Below are positions 31,745 to 42,067 of a stretch of DNA of 64,000 nucleotides, in pieces. The notes below the pieces were generated by a model. That model was given only the letters and a program-made list of their open reading frames with translations, had not been told where the DNA came from and ran no database searches. The position numbers and the translations under genes were made by a program. Source of the DNA: an uncultured Chloroflexia bacterium (GTDB lineage Bacteria > Chloroflexota > Anaerolineae > Anaerolineales > UBA4823); the NCBI GenBank assembly GCA_963774275.1, contig CAVZEP010000001.1, forward strand, positions 12,985 to 76,984, read 5' to 3'. Each line of letters starts with the position of its first letter. The first letter of the stretch is position 1.

Positions 31745-34624
31745 ATGAAACCCAGACATAAGAATTTTGCAATCGCGCGTATATTAGTGGTGATAATCCT
31801 TTTGGGAGGGCTTCTGCATGGGTCCAGCCAGACAGCTTCCGCTATGACACAGATCGACATCCACGGTCCTGATGGCAGTGCTCAGTTCGGAATTTCGGTA
31901 TCGGTGCTACCCAACGGTAACTTTGTGGTGACCGATCCTTTTTTTGGTGGGATCGGAGAGAACGCGGGAGCGGTCTATCTGTATGATGGTGCCAGCGGTG
32001 TATTGATCAGTATGTTGACCGGGACAACAGCCAACGACCACGTCGGCATAGGAGGTGTGACCGTTTTGAGCAATGGCAACTACGTGGTGAGCAGCCCCAA
32101 CTGGGACAACGGTGCAGTGGTTGATGCCGGGGCGGTCACCTGGGGAAGTGGGACAAGTGGAGTCGCTGGTGCGGTCTCGGCCTTCAACAGCCTGGTGGGC
32201 AGCACGGCTGGTGATCATATTGGTAATATGGGTGTTATTCCATTAAGCAACGGCAACTACGTGGTGAGCAATCCTTACTGGGTCAACGGTGCAGTGACGG
32301 AAGCCGGTGCGGTCACCTGGGGGGATGGAACTGTTGGGGTCTCTGGAGCAATCTCAGCTGCCAACAGCCTGGTGGGTAGCTACCACAATGATTGGCTCGG
32401 CTATCGTGTGACCCCACTAAGCAATGGCAACTACTTGGTGAACAGCAACAATAATTGCCTCGGGTCGGTCACCTGGGGAAATGGAACTACTGGGATCTCC
32501 GGCACGATCTCAGCCGCCAACAGCCTGGTGGGCACCGCGGAATGTGATCGGGTTGGCGGTTCTCACCTTGATAAAGGTGTGACGGCGCTCACCAACGGCA
32601 ACTACGTGGTGAACAGCCCCTCCTGGAGCAACGGTGCAGTGAAGTATGTCGGGGCAGTCACCTGGGGAGATGGGTCAGTTGGTGTCTCCGGAACTATCTC
32701 AGCCGCCAATAGCCTGGTGGGCAGCATAGCCAACGACACAGTTGGTTGCAGGCGTGGGGAAGGCTTGAATTGTTTTGATGACAGTGTGATCGTTCTTGGC
32801 AACGGAAATTACGTGGTGAGTAGCGCCGTCTGGGACAACGGTGCAATGGTGGATGCCGGGGCGGTTACCTGGGGGGATGGAGAGAGCGGTATTACCGGCC
32901 TATCTTAGCCACTAACAGCCTGGTAGGCAGCATGACCAGTGATCAGGTTGGCTATGTCGATTGGAACGGCTCTGGAGGTGTGACGGCACTTACCAACGGC
33001 AGCTACGTGGTAAGCAGCCCAGCCTGGGACAACGCTGCAGTGGTGAATGCCGGGGCTGCCACCTGGGGGAATGGGACAGGCGGAGTCTCCGGCACGATCT
33101 CGTCCCCAACAGCCTGGTAGGCAGCACACCCAGTAATTTGGAACACGATTGGACTGTGACGCCGCTGAGCAATGGCAACTATGTGGTGAGCAGCCCATTG
33201 CGACAATGGTGCATTGATAGATGCCGGGGCAGTCACCTGGGGAAATGGGACCAGCGGCGTCATTGGTGAGGTATCGGCCGCCAACAGCCTGGTGGGCAGC
33301 AAGGCGGTGAAATGGTCGGCGACAGCGGTGTAACCCCACTGAGCAATGGTAATTACGTGGTGATCAGCATCCATGGCACCCCGATATAGTGGGGAGTATC
33401 GGGGCAGTCACCTGGGGGGATGGCACAATTGGAGTCTCCGGCGCGGTCTCAGTCACCAACAGCCTGGTAGGCAGCACGGGCGGTGATCTTCTCGGCTCTG
33501 GGGGAGTGACTGCGCTGAGCAACGGCAACTATGTAGTGACGCAGTCCTAACTGGGATAACGGTGCAGTGACGGATGCCGGGGCAGTCACCTGGGGAAATG
33601 GGACAAGCGGGGTCACCGGCGCGGTATCAGACGCCAACAGCCTGGTGGGTAGTACAGCTAGCGACTTTGTAGGATCTGGAGGTGTGACAGCGCTTACCAA
33701 TGGTAACTACGTGGTAAGCAGCCCCATTTGGGACAAAGGTGCATTGACAGATGCCGGAGCAGTCACCTGGGGGAATGGCACAGGCGGAGTCACCGGCGAG
33801 GTTTCGGCCTTTAATAGCCTGGTGGGCAGCACGACTAATGATTGTGTCGGCTATGGAGGTGTGACCCCGTTGAGCAATGGCAACTATGTGGTAAGTAGCG
33901 CTGACTGGGATAATGGTATGGTATATGGGGTGGGTGCAGTCACATGGGGGAGTGGAACCAGTGGGATCTCCGGCGTGATCACAGCCGCCAATAGCCTGGT
34001 AGGTAGCTACTATAATGATTGGGTCTGCTCTGGGGGTGTGACTGCGCTGAGCGACGGTAAATACGTGGTGAGTAGCACCTACTGGGATAATGGTGCAGTG
34101 ACGAATGCCGGGGCAGTCACCTGGAGTTATGAAGAAAGCGGTACTGTCGGCCCAATCACCGCTGAGAATAGTGTGCGAGGAATAGTTACGGGGAGAGTGG
34201 AGTCATGGTTTTCCAGTACGATGCGGTTAACAACCAGCTCGTGGTAGGTCGGGGGATGGATAATATCGTCACCCTGTTCAGAATGTGGAATGTTCCGAGA
34301 GCATTCAACAAGAGCGACCCAAGTAACGGAGCGACGGATGTCTCGCTAACCCCGACGCTCAGCTGGGGAACGAGCAGTGATGCGACGAGTTACGAGTACT
34401 GTTATGACACAACGAACGACAACAGCTGTAGTGTGTGGGTGAGTAACGGCACAGCCACGAGCAAAGCCTTGAGTGGGTTGAGTGCTAACACCACCTACTT
34501 CTGGCAGGTGCGCGCCATCAACGCAGGCGGCATCACATACGCCAACGATGGCACCTGGTGGAGCTTCACTACATCTACTATGTCTACTCCATTTTTTATA
34601 TATCTGCCTCTATCGACAAAATAG
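31745..34624 (+). CDS. Secreted repeat (DUF5650-like) surface protein with C-terminal FN3-like domain; several frameshifts between 32900 and 34200
   Basis: Signal peptide; about 13 copies of LxNGNYVVSSPxWDNG..DAGAVTWG.G..G..G.VS..NSLVG; ends TTYFWQVRA.N...FIYLPLSTK*. Confidence 0.78.
31900..34170 (+). repeat. Intragenic tandem repeat, about 175-200 bp per unit, about 13 units
   Basis: Recurrent AACGGCAACTACGTGGTG...GCAGTCACCTGGGG...AACAGCCTGGTGGGCAGC. Confidence 0.85.
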
Positions 34625-34689
34625 CTTCCACAGCTATTTCTTGCGAGGCGTTTTAAGGTATAAGGCGGGTGAAATCACTGATCCTTTGA

Positions 34690-34718
34690 TTCCCGCGCCT
34701 CGATACGGGGCGCGGGGA
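34690..34718. terminator. GC-rich hairpin between convergent genes
   Basis: CCCGCGCC...GGCGCGGG stem. Confidence 0.5.
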
Positions 34719-34747
34719 GTTGATTGTCATACCACCACACCTGGGAT

Positions 34748-34862
34748 TAGGAATTGACCAATACCAGGGCAGGAGGATGCGATAGCCAGTGACGGTGATC
34801 TGTACGGTAGCCAGGTTCGAGTCTGCCAGCCCGTCGTTGGCATGGTAGGTGAACGAGCCATC
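34748..34862 (-). pseudogene. Orphan 3' remnant of an Ig-like (Big_9/cadherin-like) surface protein
   Basis: [24 protein letters not shown] then GYRILLP; adding one C to the CCC run gives YRILLPLVLVNS*; begins at the dppF stop codon. Confidence 0.6.
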
Positions 34863-35865
34863 AAGGCTTGATATAGCGTTCGGCAAAGTGGCAGGCGGCC
34901 CAATGCCCTGACTGCACCTCTTTAAACTCCGGGTCTAGCTTGAAGCAAACTTCTTCTGCAAATGGACAGCGGGTGTTGAAATTGCAGCCGACAGGAGGGT
35001 TTGCCGGGCTGGGAATATCGCCCTGCAAGATCACGCGATGGCGTTGCTCGGCAACATCCGGGTCTGGCACCGGCACGGCAGAGATCAGAGCCTGGGTGTA
35101 CGGGTGAAGCGGTCTCAGGTAAATCTCATCCCGGTCAGCCAGCTCCATGATTTTACCCAGGTACATCACCGCGATGCGGTCACTGATGTGCCGCACCATG
35201 CTTAAATCGTGAGCGATGAACAGGTACGTCAAACCTAACCGCTCCTGCAGCTCTTCGAGCAGGTTGACCACTTGAGCCTGGATGGAAACATCCAGGGAGG
35301 AGATGGGCTCGTCGCAAATGATCAATTCAGGATTGACTGCCAGGGCACGGGCGATCCCAATCCGCTGACGCTGCCCACCAGAAAATTCGTGCGGGTAGCG
35401 GTTTACAAATTCAGGGTTCAAGCCAACCATATCTAAAAGATCATCGATGCGCTGGCTCTTGACCTTCCCAGAGGCTACTTTATGGACTTCCAATGGCGCG
35501 GCTACGATGGAACCCACCGTCATGCGTGGATTGAGCGAGGCATATGGATCTTGAAAGATCATCTGCATGCGCAGGCGAATTTTGCGCATCTCACTTTCGT
35601 TGAGACGATAAATATCCGTCCCGTCGAATGTAACCTGCCCATCGGTCGGTTCATACAAGCGCAGGATCGTACGCCCAACTGTGGTCTTGCCACTGCCCGT
35701 CTCCCCCACCAGGCCGAGCGTCTCGCCTCTAATAATATCAAAACTAACACCATCTACAGCCTTGATATCACCTACGTGGCGTTGGATAAGAGTCCCTTTA
35801 TAAATCGGGAAATATTTTTTTAAATTGCGGACTTGCATCAGGGTGTTGGTGTTCGCCATGATCAT
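34861..35865 (-). CDS. dppF: Oligo/dipeptide ABC transporter ATP-binding protein
   Basis: [38 protein letters not shown]. Confidence 0.9.
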   Translation of the reverse strand: MIMANTNTLMQVRNLKKYFPIYKGTLIQRHVGDIKAVDGVSFDIIRGETLGLVGETGSGKTTVGRTILRLYEPTDGQVTFDGTDIYRLNESEMRKIRLRMQMIFQDPYASLNPRMTVGSIVAAPLEVHKVASGKVKSQRIDDLLDMVGLNPEFVNRYPHEFSGGQRQRIGIARALAVNPELIICDEPISSLDVSIQAQVVNLLEELQERLGLTYLFIAHDLSMVRHISDRIAVMYLGKIMELADRDEIYLRPLHPYTQALISAVPVPDPDVAEQRHRVILQGDIPSPANPPVGCNFNTRCPFAEEVCFKLDPEFKEVQSGHWAACHFAERYIKP

Positions 35866-36854
35866 GCTTCTCCCCTGGCAAGCTCTTCCCAACGCCAGCA
35901 AGCCACAATATGCTCTGTTTCCCCCGTTGGCTCCAAAGGAGGCATATTTGCCACGCATTTTTCAACCACGTATACGCAGCGCTCCGCAAACGGGCACCCC
36001 TTCGGTAAGAGGATCAAGTCGGGCGGGAGGCCTGGGATAGAGATAAGTTTCGTCCCGGGTGCTTCATCCAGGCGCGGTAATGATCCCAGCAGCCCTTTCG
36101 TGTATGGATGGCGCGTACGCTTGAATATATCTCTCACATGGCCCCGTTCGACGATATAGCCGGCATACATGACATTGATCTTGTGAGCCAAATCAGCGAC
36201 TACTCCCAGGTCATGCGTGATCCACATCACCGCCATCCCGAGCTCGCGCTGCAAGCGCTTTACCAAATCGGTAATCTGAGCCTGGATGGTCACGTCCAGA
36301 GCAGTGGTGGGCTCATCGGCGATCAACAATTTTGGGCTACAGGAAAGCGCCATGGCAAGCATCGCCCGTTGGCGCATACCCCCAGAAAACTGGTGCGGGT
36401 AATCATTGAGCCGCTGGCTTGCAGCCGGAATGCCCACCATGGTCAGGAGCTCACCAGCCCTGAGACGTGCCTGGGACTGATCCATGCTCTGGTGAAGCAT
36501 CAACGCTTCCATGATCTGGAAACCGATGGTATAGACCGGGTTAAGGGAAGTCATTGGATCTTGAAAGACCATGGCAATTTGAGCGCCGCGGATCGAGCGT
36601 ATTTCTGTCGTGCTTAGCTTCAGCAGGTCGCGACCGGAGAAGATGACCTCTCCACTCTCAATCTTGCCAGGAGGGTCAGTTATCAAACGCATAATGGAAA
36701 GGGCATGCACACTTTTCCCACAACCGCTTTCCCCCACCACTCCGAGCATCTCACCTTCTTCCATAGCGTAAGAGACACCATTGACGGCATGTACAACACC
36801 TTCATCGGTGTAGAAGCGGGTTACCAAGTCCTTGATCTCTAGAAGATGTTCCAT
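35862..36854 (-). CDS. dppD: Oligo/dipeptide ABC transporter ATP-binding protein
   Basis: [37 protein letters not shown]. Confidence 0.9.
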   Translation of the reverse strand: MEHLLEIKDLVTRFYTDEGVVHAVNGVSYAMEEGEMLGVVGESGCGKSVHALSIMRLITDPPGKIESGEVIFSGRDLLKLSTTEIRSIRGAQIAMVFQDPMTSLNPVYTIGFQIMEALMLHQSMDQSQARLRAGELLTMVGIPAASQRLNDYPHQFSGGMRQRAMLAMALSCSPKLLIADEPTTALDVTIQAQITDLVKRLQRELGMAVMWITHDLGVVADLAHKINVMYAGYIVERGHVRDIFKRTRHPYTKGLLGSLPRLDEAPGTKLISIPGLPPDLILLPKGCPFAERCVYVVEKCVANMPPLEPTGETEHIVACWRWEELARGEA

Positions 36855-36923
36855 TGCTCTCCGCTATAAAATCATCAATAGTCTGCAACCAGCAAGATAT
36901 CGAGAAAGGTTTGTAATTACCGT

Positions 36924-38150
36924 TCAGATACGCAGCTTTGGATCCAGGGCATCACGCAAGCCGTCACCTAACAAATTGAAGCCCAGCACGCTCAACATGA
37001 TCGCCACACCGGGAAACACCACAGCCCACCAGGCGCCGCTTGCCAGGTAGCGGTAACTATCGCCCAGCATCGCTCCCCATTCTGGCTCAGGAGGGATTGC
37101 GCCCAGGCCTAGAAACCCGAGTGCGGCAGCTGAAAGGATGGCATTTGCCAGGCCCATGGTCGTCTGGACAATAATCGGCGATAGGATGTTCGGTACGACA
37201 TGGCGTGTAATGACGCGCCCATGCCCTTCGCCAACGGAACGGGCTGCCAAAATGTATTCTTTCTGCATCACCGACAGCACGCTGGAACGCGCCAAGCGCG
37301 CATACACGGGGATACTGACCACACCAATGGCAATCATTCCCTTCTCCAAGCCCGGTCCCAAAAAAGCCACGATAGCAATCGCCAGGAGGTAGCTGGGGAA
37401 GGACAGGATGATATCCATCGCCCGCATGATTAGGGTAGAAAACAACCCCCCGCCAAGAGGCCGCACAACCACGGCGCCAATCACCAATCCTAGCACCCCG
37501 CAGACCAGCCCGACAAGGGGTGCCACCAGGTACCCTAACCCACCAATGAACAGTCCGACGACAGCAAAAAGGATTGTCCGCGATAGTTTGCCCGCCAGAA
37601 AACGCGGAAACACCGCAGCAACGATACCCAGAATTGCAAACAGCACAGCTTGAAAATATTGCCCGGCAATCCAGGCGGGCAAGGCACCGACTGCCAACCC
37701 GACCAGGCCTCTGAAGAGAATCGTTTCGATGGATAAGAGGGCAGTACTTTCGAAGAATCCTGCCAGCACGCCGAGTGTCCCACCAATGGAAAGCGAAATT
37801 CCCACCGCGACGAGGCCCACCCGCAGCGAGTTCCAACCGCCATGGATGACTCGGCGAAAGATATCCCGTCCCAGCTTATCCGTCCCAAAGATATGTACAG
37901 ATTTAACGTCTTCATTTGGGGTAAGATTCGGCGCTTTCAGTTTGAGTGAATAATCCAGATCGGCCTTTGGATTGTATTCCCAAAAGAAATGAGCATAGGT
38001 AGTTGAAAGAATAAAAATGGCAACGATCAGCATGCCAATCCGGGCGGTATTGCTGGAAATCAACCTGCGCCAGCCGTCATACCATAGTGAGCGATGCTGC
38101 CGCATGGTAATTACAGGCACGGGAATCTCATTGGGTGTCAGCTCAGCCAT
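36924..38150 (-). CDS. dppC: Peptide ABC transporter permease (DppC-like, with extra TM insertion)
   Basis: HIFGTDKLGRD, EYILAARSVG, LGFLGLG..PP.PEWG, FNLLGDGLRDALDP. Confidence 0.88.
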   Translation of the reverse strand: MAELTPNEIPVPVITMRQHRSLWYDGWRRLISSNTARIGMLIVAIFILSTTYAHFFWEYNPKADLDYSLKLKAPNLTPNEDVKSVHIFGTDKLGRDIFRRVIHGGWNSLRVGLVAVGISLSIGGTLGVLAGFFESTALLSIETILFRGLVGLAVGALPAWIAGQYFQAVLFAILGIVAAVFPRFLAGKLSRTILFAVVGLFIGGLGYLVAPLVGLVCGVLGLVIGAVVVRPLGGGLFSTLIMRAMDIILSFPSYLLAIAIVAFLGPGLEKGMIAIGVVSIPVYARLARSSVLSVMQKEYILAARSVGEGHGRVITRHVVPNILSPIIVQTTMGLANAILSAAALGFLGLGAIPPEPEWGAMLGDSYRYLASGAWWAVVFPGVAIMLSVLGFNLLGDGLRDALDPKLRI

Positions 38151-38158
38151 GAAGCGCC

Positions 38159-39211
38159 TCAATCATATTTGATCCGTGGGTCCAGGTAACCATAGGATAA
38201 ATCGACCAGTAAATTAAAAAACACGAAGATGACGGCGATCAACAGGGTACCACCCTGCACGATCGGGTAATCTCTTCCAAGTATAGAGTCGTAGATCCAC
38301 TTGCCAATGCCAGGCCAGGAGAAAATCGTCTCGGTGAGCACTGCACCCGCCATCAGCGCACCAGTTTGCAAACCAATGATGGTGATCACGGGGAGAAACG
38401 CATTTTTTAGGGCATGCCGGTAAAGGACGACGCGCTCAGCCAAACCTTTGGCGTGGGCAGTACGAATGTAATCCTCCTGGAGCACGTCGAGCATACTCGA
38501 GCGCGTCATGCGGGCGAGGATCGCCATGGGGATGGTCGCCAGGGCGATGGTCGGCATGATAATGTGCTTAAGTGCGTCTACAAATGCTTCAAAGTTTCCG
38601 GTGAGCAGGCTGTCTACCAGAACTAAATGGGTGATCGATTTTATCTCAATGCCGGTGCTCAAGCGCCCGCCGGTCGGCAGCCAGTTCAGGAATACCCCAA
38701 ACAGCATGATCTCCATCAAGCCCAACCAAAAAATCGGCATCGACACCCCGACCAACGAGCCGATCATGGTGGTGCTGTCTAACACAGAGCCTCGCCGGGA
38801 GGCGGAGATGATCCCTACCGGCACACCTATAAGGATGGCGATGAGCATGGATAATAATGCTAGTTCCACGGTGGCTGGAAAGCGTAGGGCCAGGGTTTCG
38901 GCGACCGGGATTCGGCGGTGAATGGAGTCACCCAAATCCAGGCGGATAAGCCGGCCCAGATAGCGTAAATACTGGGTGTCGAAGAAGGCCGATAAATCAC
39001 CTTGCTTCAAGGCATCTCGGTCGAGAAACATTGGACGATTGAGACCCAGCTGCTCACGAATACGGGCAACGTTTTCTTCCGATGCGTGCTCTCCGAACAT
39101 GGCAACCGCCGGATCACCAGGGATCAGGCGCTGGAACATAAAAATCACGAAGGTTACGCCGATCAGGGTCGGCAGCACTGAGATGAGGCGCCGGAGGATA
39201 TATCTGGTCAC
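38159..39211 (-). CDS. dppB: Peptide ABC transporter permease (DppB-like)
   Basis: YILRRL, PGDP, RFPATVEL, RMTRSSMLDVL.EDYIRTA.AKG, RDYPIVQG; GTG start after AAGGAG. Confidence 0.9.
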   Translation of the reverse strand: MTRYILRRLISVLPTLIGVTFVIFMFQRLIPGDPAVAMFGEHASEENVARIREQLGLNRPMFLDRDALKQGDLSAFFDTQYLRYLGRLIRLDLGDSIHRRIPVAETLALRFPATVELALLSMLIAILIGVPVGIISASRRGSVLDSTTMIGSLVGVSMPIFWLGLMEIMLFGVFLNWLPTGGRLSTGIEIKSITHLVLVDSLLTGNFEAFVDALKHIIMPTIALATIPMAILARMTRSSMLDVLQEDYIRTAHAKGLAERVVLYRHALKNAFLPVITIIGLQTGALMAGAVLTETIFSWPGIGKWIYDSILGRDYPIVQGGTLLIAVIFVFFNLLVDLSYGYLDPRIKYD

Positions 39212-39239
39212 AGTCGGGCTCCTTGCATTTTGGAGAAAG

Positions 39240-39264
39240 GGGGGACGGATAGCATCCGTCCCCC
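39240..39264 (-). terminator. Hairpin between substrate-binding and permease genes
   Basis: GGGGGACGGAT-AGC-ATCCGTCCCCC perfect 11-bp stem; likely an attenuator or mRNA stabiliser. Confidence 0.6.
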
Positions 39265-39316
39265 AGTTAGCTTTATTGGTCAGGATCGAACACTTCAGAT
39301 GTTTCATACCTGAAGG

Positions 39317-41113
39317 TTATGGAGCAAGCTCGACATATTCGTAGTAGTCAGCACCGACCGGTTGTGGTATGTAGCCTGAAACTTTCGATGATAAGATCAG
39401 AGGGGTGTGGTTATGGCACCCACAAACGGGTCACGTCGTCATGCATTATCTGCTCGGCTTGCTTGTACAGAGGCTCGCGAACATCCTGCCCAGGCGTCGT
39501 TTGAGCTTCTAACAGGAGGTCAGCAAGTGCAGCATTCTGGTACCAGCCTTCCCGTTTGATCGGCTCTGCTCCGCCACCAAAGAAGTAACCGGTGAAGTTG
39601 TCGGGGTCGCCGTTATCACCACCCCAGCCTAGCATGTAGAGCCCAACCAGGCGACCTTCGCGACGTGCACCCAGGTAGGTAGCCCAGTCACCTTCCAGGT
39701 AGAGCTCGACGTTGAAGCCAGCATTGGCCAGGTCAGCGGCCATAGCTTCACCAATTTCCTTAGGGGCAGGGATAGTAGAAGCGTGTTACGGGCATATAGT
39801 ACAGGCGCAGAGGTAGTTTATCGCCAGCTTTGAAAACCACATTGCCATCTGCATCGGCGATATCTTCAGCCAGCGTCACCTCGCTCAGACCATCCGGGAA
39901 ACCAGCCTCCGCCAGGAGGGACTTGGAAAGTTCCGGATCATAAGTCCAATCTACGATCAGCATCGTTATGACCCCACACCAGTGGAGGCAGGAATGTCGT
40001 CGCTACCTGACCATATTTGCCGTAGAAGTTTTCCACCAGACCCTGGCTTTATCTGATGGCGTGCGCAACTGCTTCACGAACTTTAATATCCTGGAACTCA
40101 ACAATCTTATAGTTAAACGCAAGGTAGGCAGTATTCAGGGCCGGGCGAGTGATAATGGTGAGATTTGGATCGCTCTCGGCGGTGGTCAAGTCCTCGACGA
40201 CTGCCTGCTCGAGGGCGTGGATATCGCCCGCCTGGAGAGCCAGGAAGCGAGCCGAGTCATCCGGGATCACGCGCCAGTTAATCTGGTCGATTTTCGGACG
40301 GCCACCCCAGTAGTCATCGTTAGCCTGCACGGTGATGTGGTCACCTTCCACCCACTCCACGAACTTGAATGGACCCGTACCGACAGCACCACCAGCAGGC
40401 ATGCCATAATCATCACCCGCGGCTTCGATAGCCGTAGGGCTGGATATGGCGAACATATCCATCGCCAGGTTCGCCAGGAAGGGAGCCAGAGGGGCATTCA
40501 AGGTGAATTTGACGGTTAAGTCATCCATCTTCTCAACGCTGGTGATCATACTGGCATCATCAAAACCACCCGACATGGCCTCGTAGTATTCGAAGACCTG
40601 GCTGGCAAAGTGATAAGGGTTCGTGGTGAAGCGCCAGCGTTCAAAGTTGAAGATGACTGCATCGGCGTTGAAGTCGGTGCCATCATGAAATTTGACACCT
40701 TCGCGAAGCTTGCAGTCCCAAACTCGTGGCATCTGCGTTTGGCGTGCAATCGGTAGCCAGCGCCGGAATAGGCACGGTTGTACCATGATCGTACTGGTAA
40801 AGTGGCTCCAAAATCTGACCGGTCACCCGAAAGCTCTCGCCATCGGTCACAATCGCGGGATCTAACTGGACCGAGTCAGCCCCACGACCGAAGATAAAGG
40901 TCACGGGCTCCGCTGGCGGTGCTTCGGTCAGGGCGCTTCGGTTACAACAGGCGCTTCAGTTACAACAGGAGCCTCAGTTACAACAGGAGCTTCTGTTACA
41001 ACAGGCGCTTCGGTAACCACCGCAGTGGGGGTGGCCTGTGGGGCACATGCTGCCAGGATCATGCTGAACAGCATAATTCCTGCCACCAGAATATATAACT
41101 TGTTGTGTTTCAT
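39317..41113 (-). CDS. dppA: Peptide ABC transporter substrate-binding lipoprotein (several frameshifts)
   Basis: LAAC lipobox, VVTEAP repeats, LDPA, LREGVKFHDGT.FNADAV.F, GTGPFKF, GW.GDNGDPDNF motifs across ORF pieces. Confidence 0.85.
40931..41020 (-). repeat. 18-bp tandem repeat x5 encoding VVTEAP linker
   Basis: Five consecutive VVTEAP units with synonymous variation. Confidence 0.85.
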
Positions 41114-41399
41114 CTTTCTCTTCTCCTTGGAATTTAGGTGAAAAAATTTAACACGATTGGGTAAACATCATCAATGGTTCTGAGCCAGTCCACCTCCTTT
41201 CAAATATCATACAAGTAGATCAATTGCTGTTAAGGAATAGCACGATTATACAACAGCTTTGCCTCATAATCGAAAAATTATCTCGTTTGAACAAGACGGT
41301 AAAGCATTGAAATAATCTTGGTTGTGTAAGTGTTATTATGGATACCTCTTTGCCAAGTATAAAGTTCAAGGTATACTCAATGGTGAGTGGAGCTATGAA

Positions 41400-41624
41400 A
41401 TGACAGAAAAAACCTGGGAAACCCTGAAAGTACAATACTGCCAGCATGTGGACCAGAAGGTGGGTCTGCAGGCTCAGGTCGTTTACCCACCGGATATCAT
41501 GCCAGACCAGCCTGCGCGCCTCCTGGCGCACCGCTGCAGCCACGGCTCTGCCTGCAACCTGGATGGGCGACCAAGCTGCATCTGGGCTGGCACGAACCCG
41601 ACCTTCGATCCGTTTACGGAATAA
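41400..41624 (+). CDS. Small Cys-rich hypothetical protein
   Basis: 74 aa after GGAG RBS; four Cys and a C.WAGTNP..DPF C-terminus. Confidence 0.65.
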   Translation: MTEKTWETLKVQYCQHVDQKVGLQAQVVYPPDIMPDQPARLLAHRCSHGSACNLDGRPSCIWAGTNPTFDPFTE

Positions 41625-41750
41625 GGAACTGACCTCATAAGGCGCAAATAGAAGCGGCTCTCCGGTTGAAAATCGAACCGGTCTCGGTGCGCCTTTACGA
41701 TTTTTATTCGTGGCGAGCAGATAGGGGGATTATTTAATCACATCCGGTTT

Positions 41751-42045
41751 TGCTATCATGGGATGAAACAATGGGCGGTCAGCGACCGCCCCTACAAAAT
41801 GCTCTCACAGGAAAAAAAAATGGGCGGTCAGCGACCGCCCCTAAAAAATGCTCTCATGGGATGAAACAATGGGCGGTCAGCGACCGCCCCTACAAAATGC
41901 TCATGCGGAATAAAACAACGGGCGGTCAGCAACCACCCCTACAAAATGCTCATGCGGAATAAAACAACGGGCGGTCAGCAACCACCCCTACAAATTGCTC
42001 ACGCGGAATAAAACAACGGGCGGTCAGCGACCGCCCCCATAAAAA
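41751..42045. repeat. Tandem array of six 49-bp REP-like units
   Basis: GGGCGGTCAGCGACCGCCCCTAC-like core at 41773, 41822, 41871, 41920, 41969 and 42018. Confidence 0.9.
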
Positions 42046-42067
42046 CATTACCCACAATCCTATATTT

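Noticed and set aside
31900-34170. DGR template/variable repeats
   Set aside because: These are in-frame protein repeats, differences are not adenine-specific, and no reverse transcriptase is present.
41751-42045. CRISPR array
   Set aside because: Intervening segments are near-copies of each other rather than unique spacers, the period is only 49 bp, and no cas genes are in the window.
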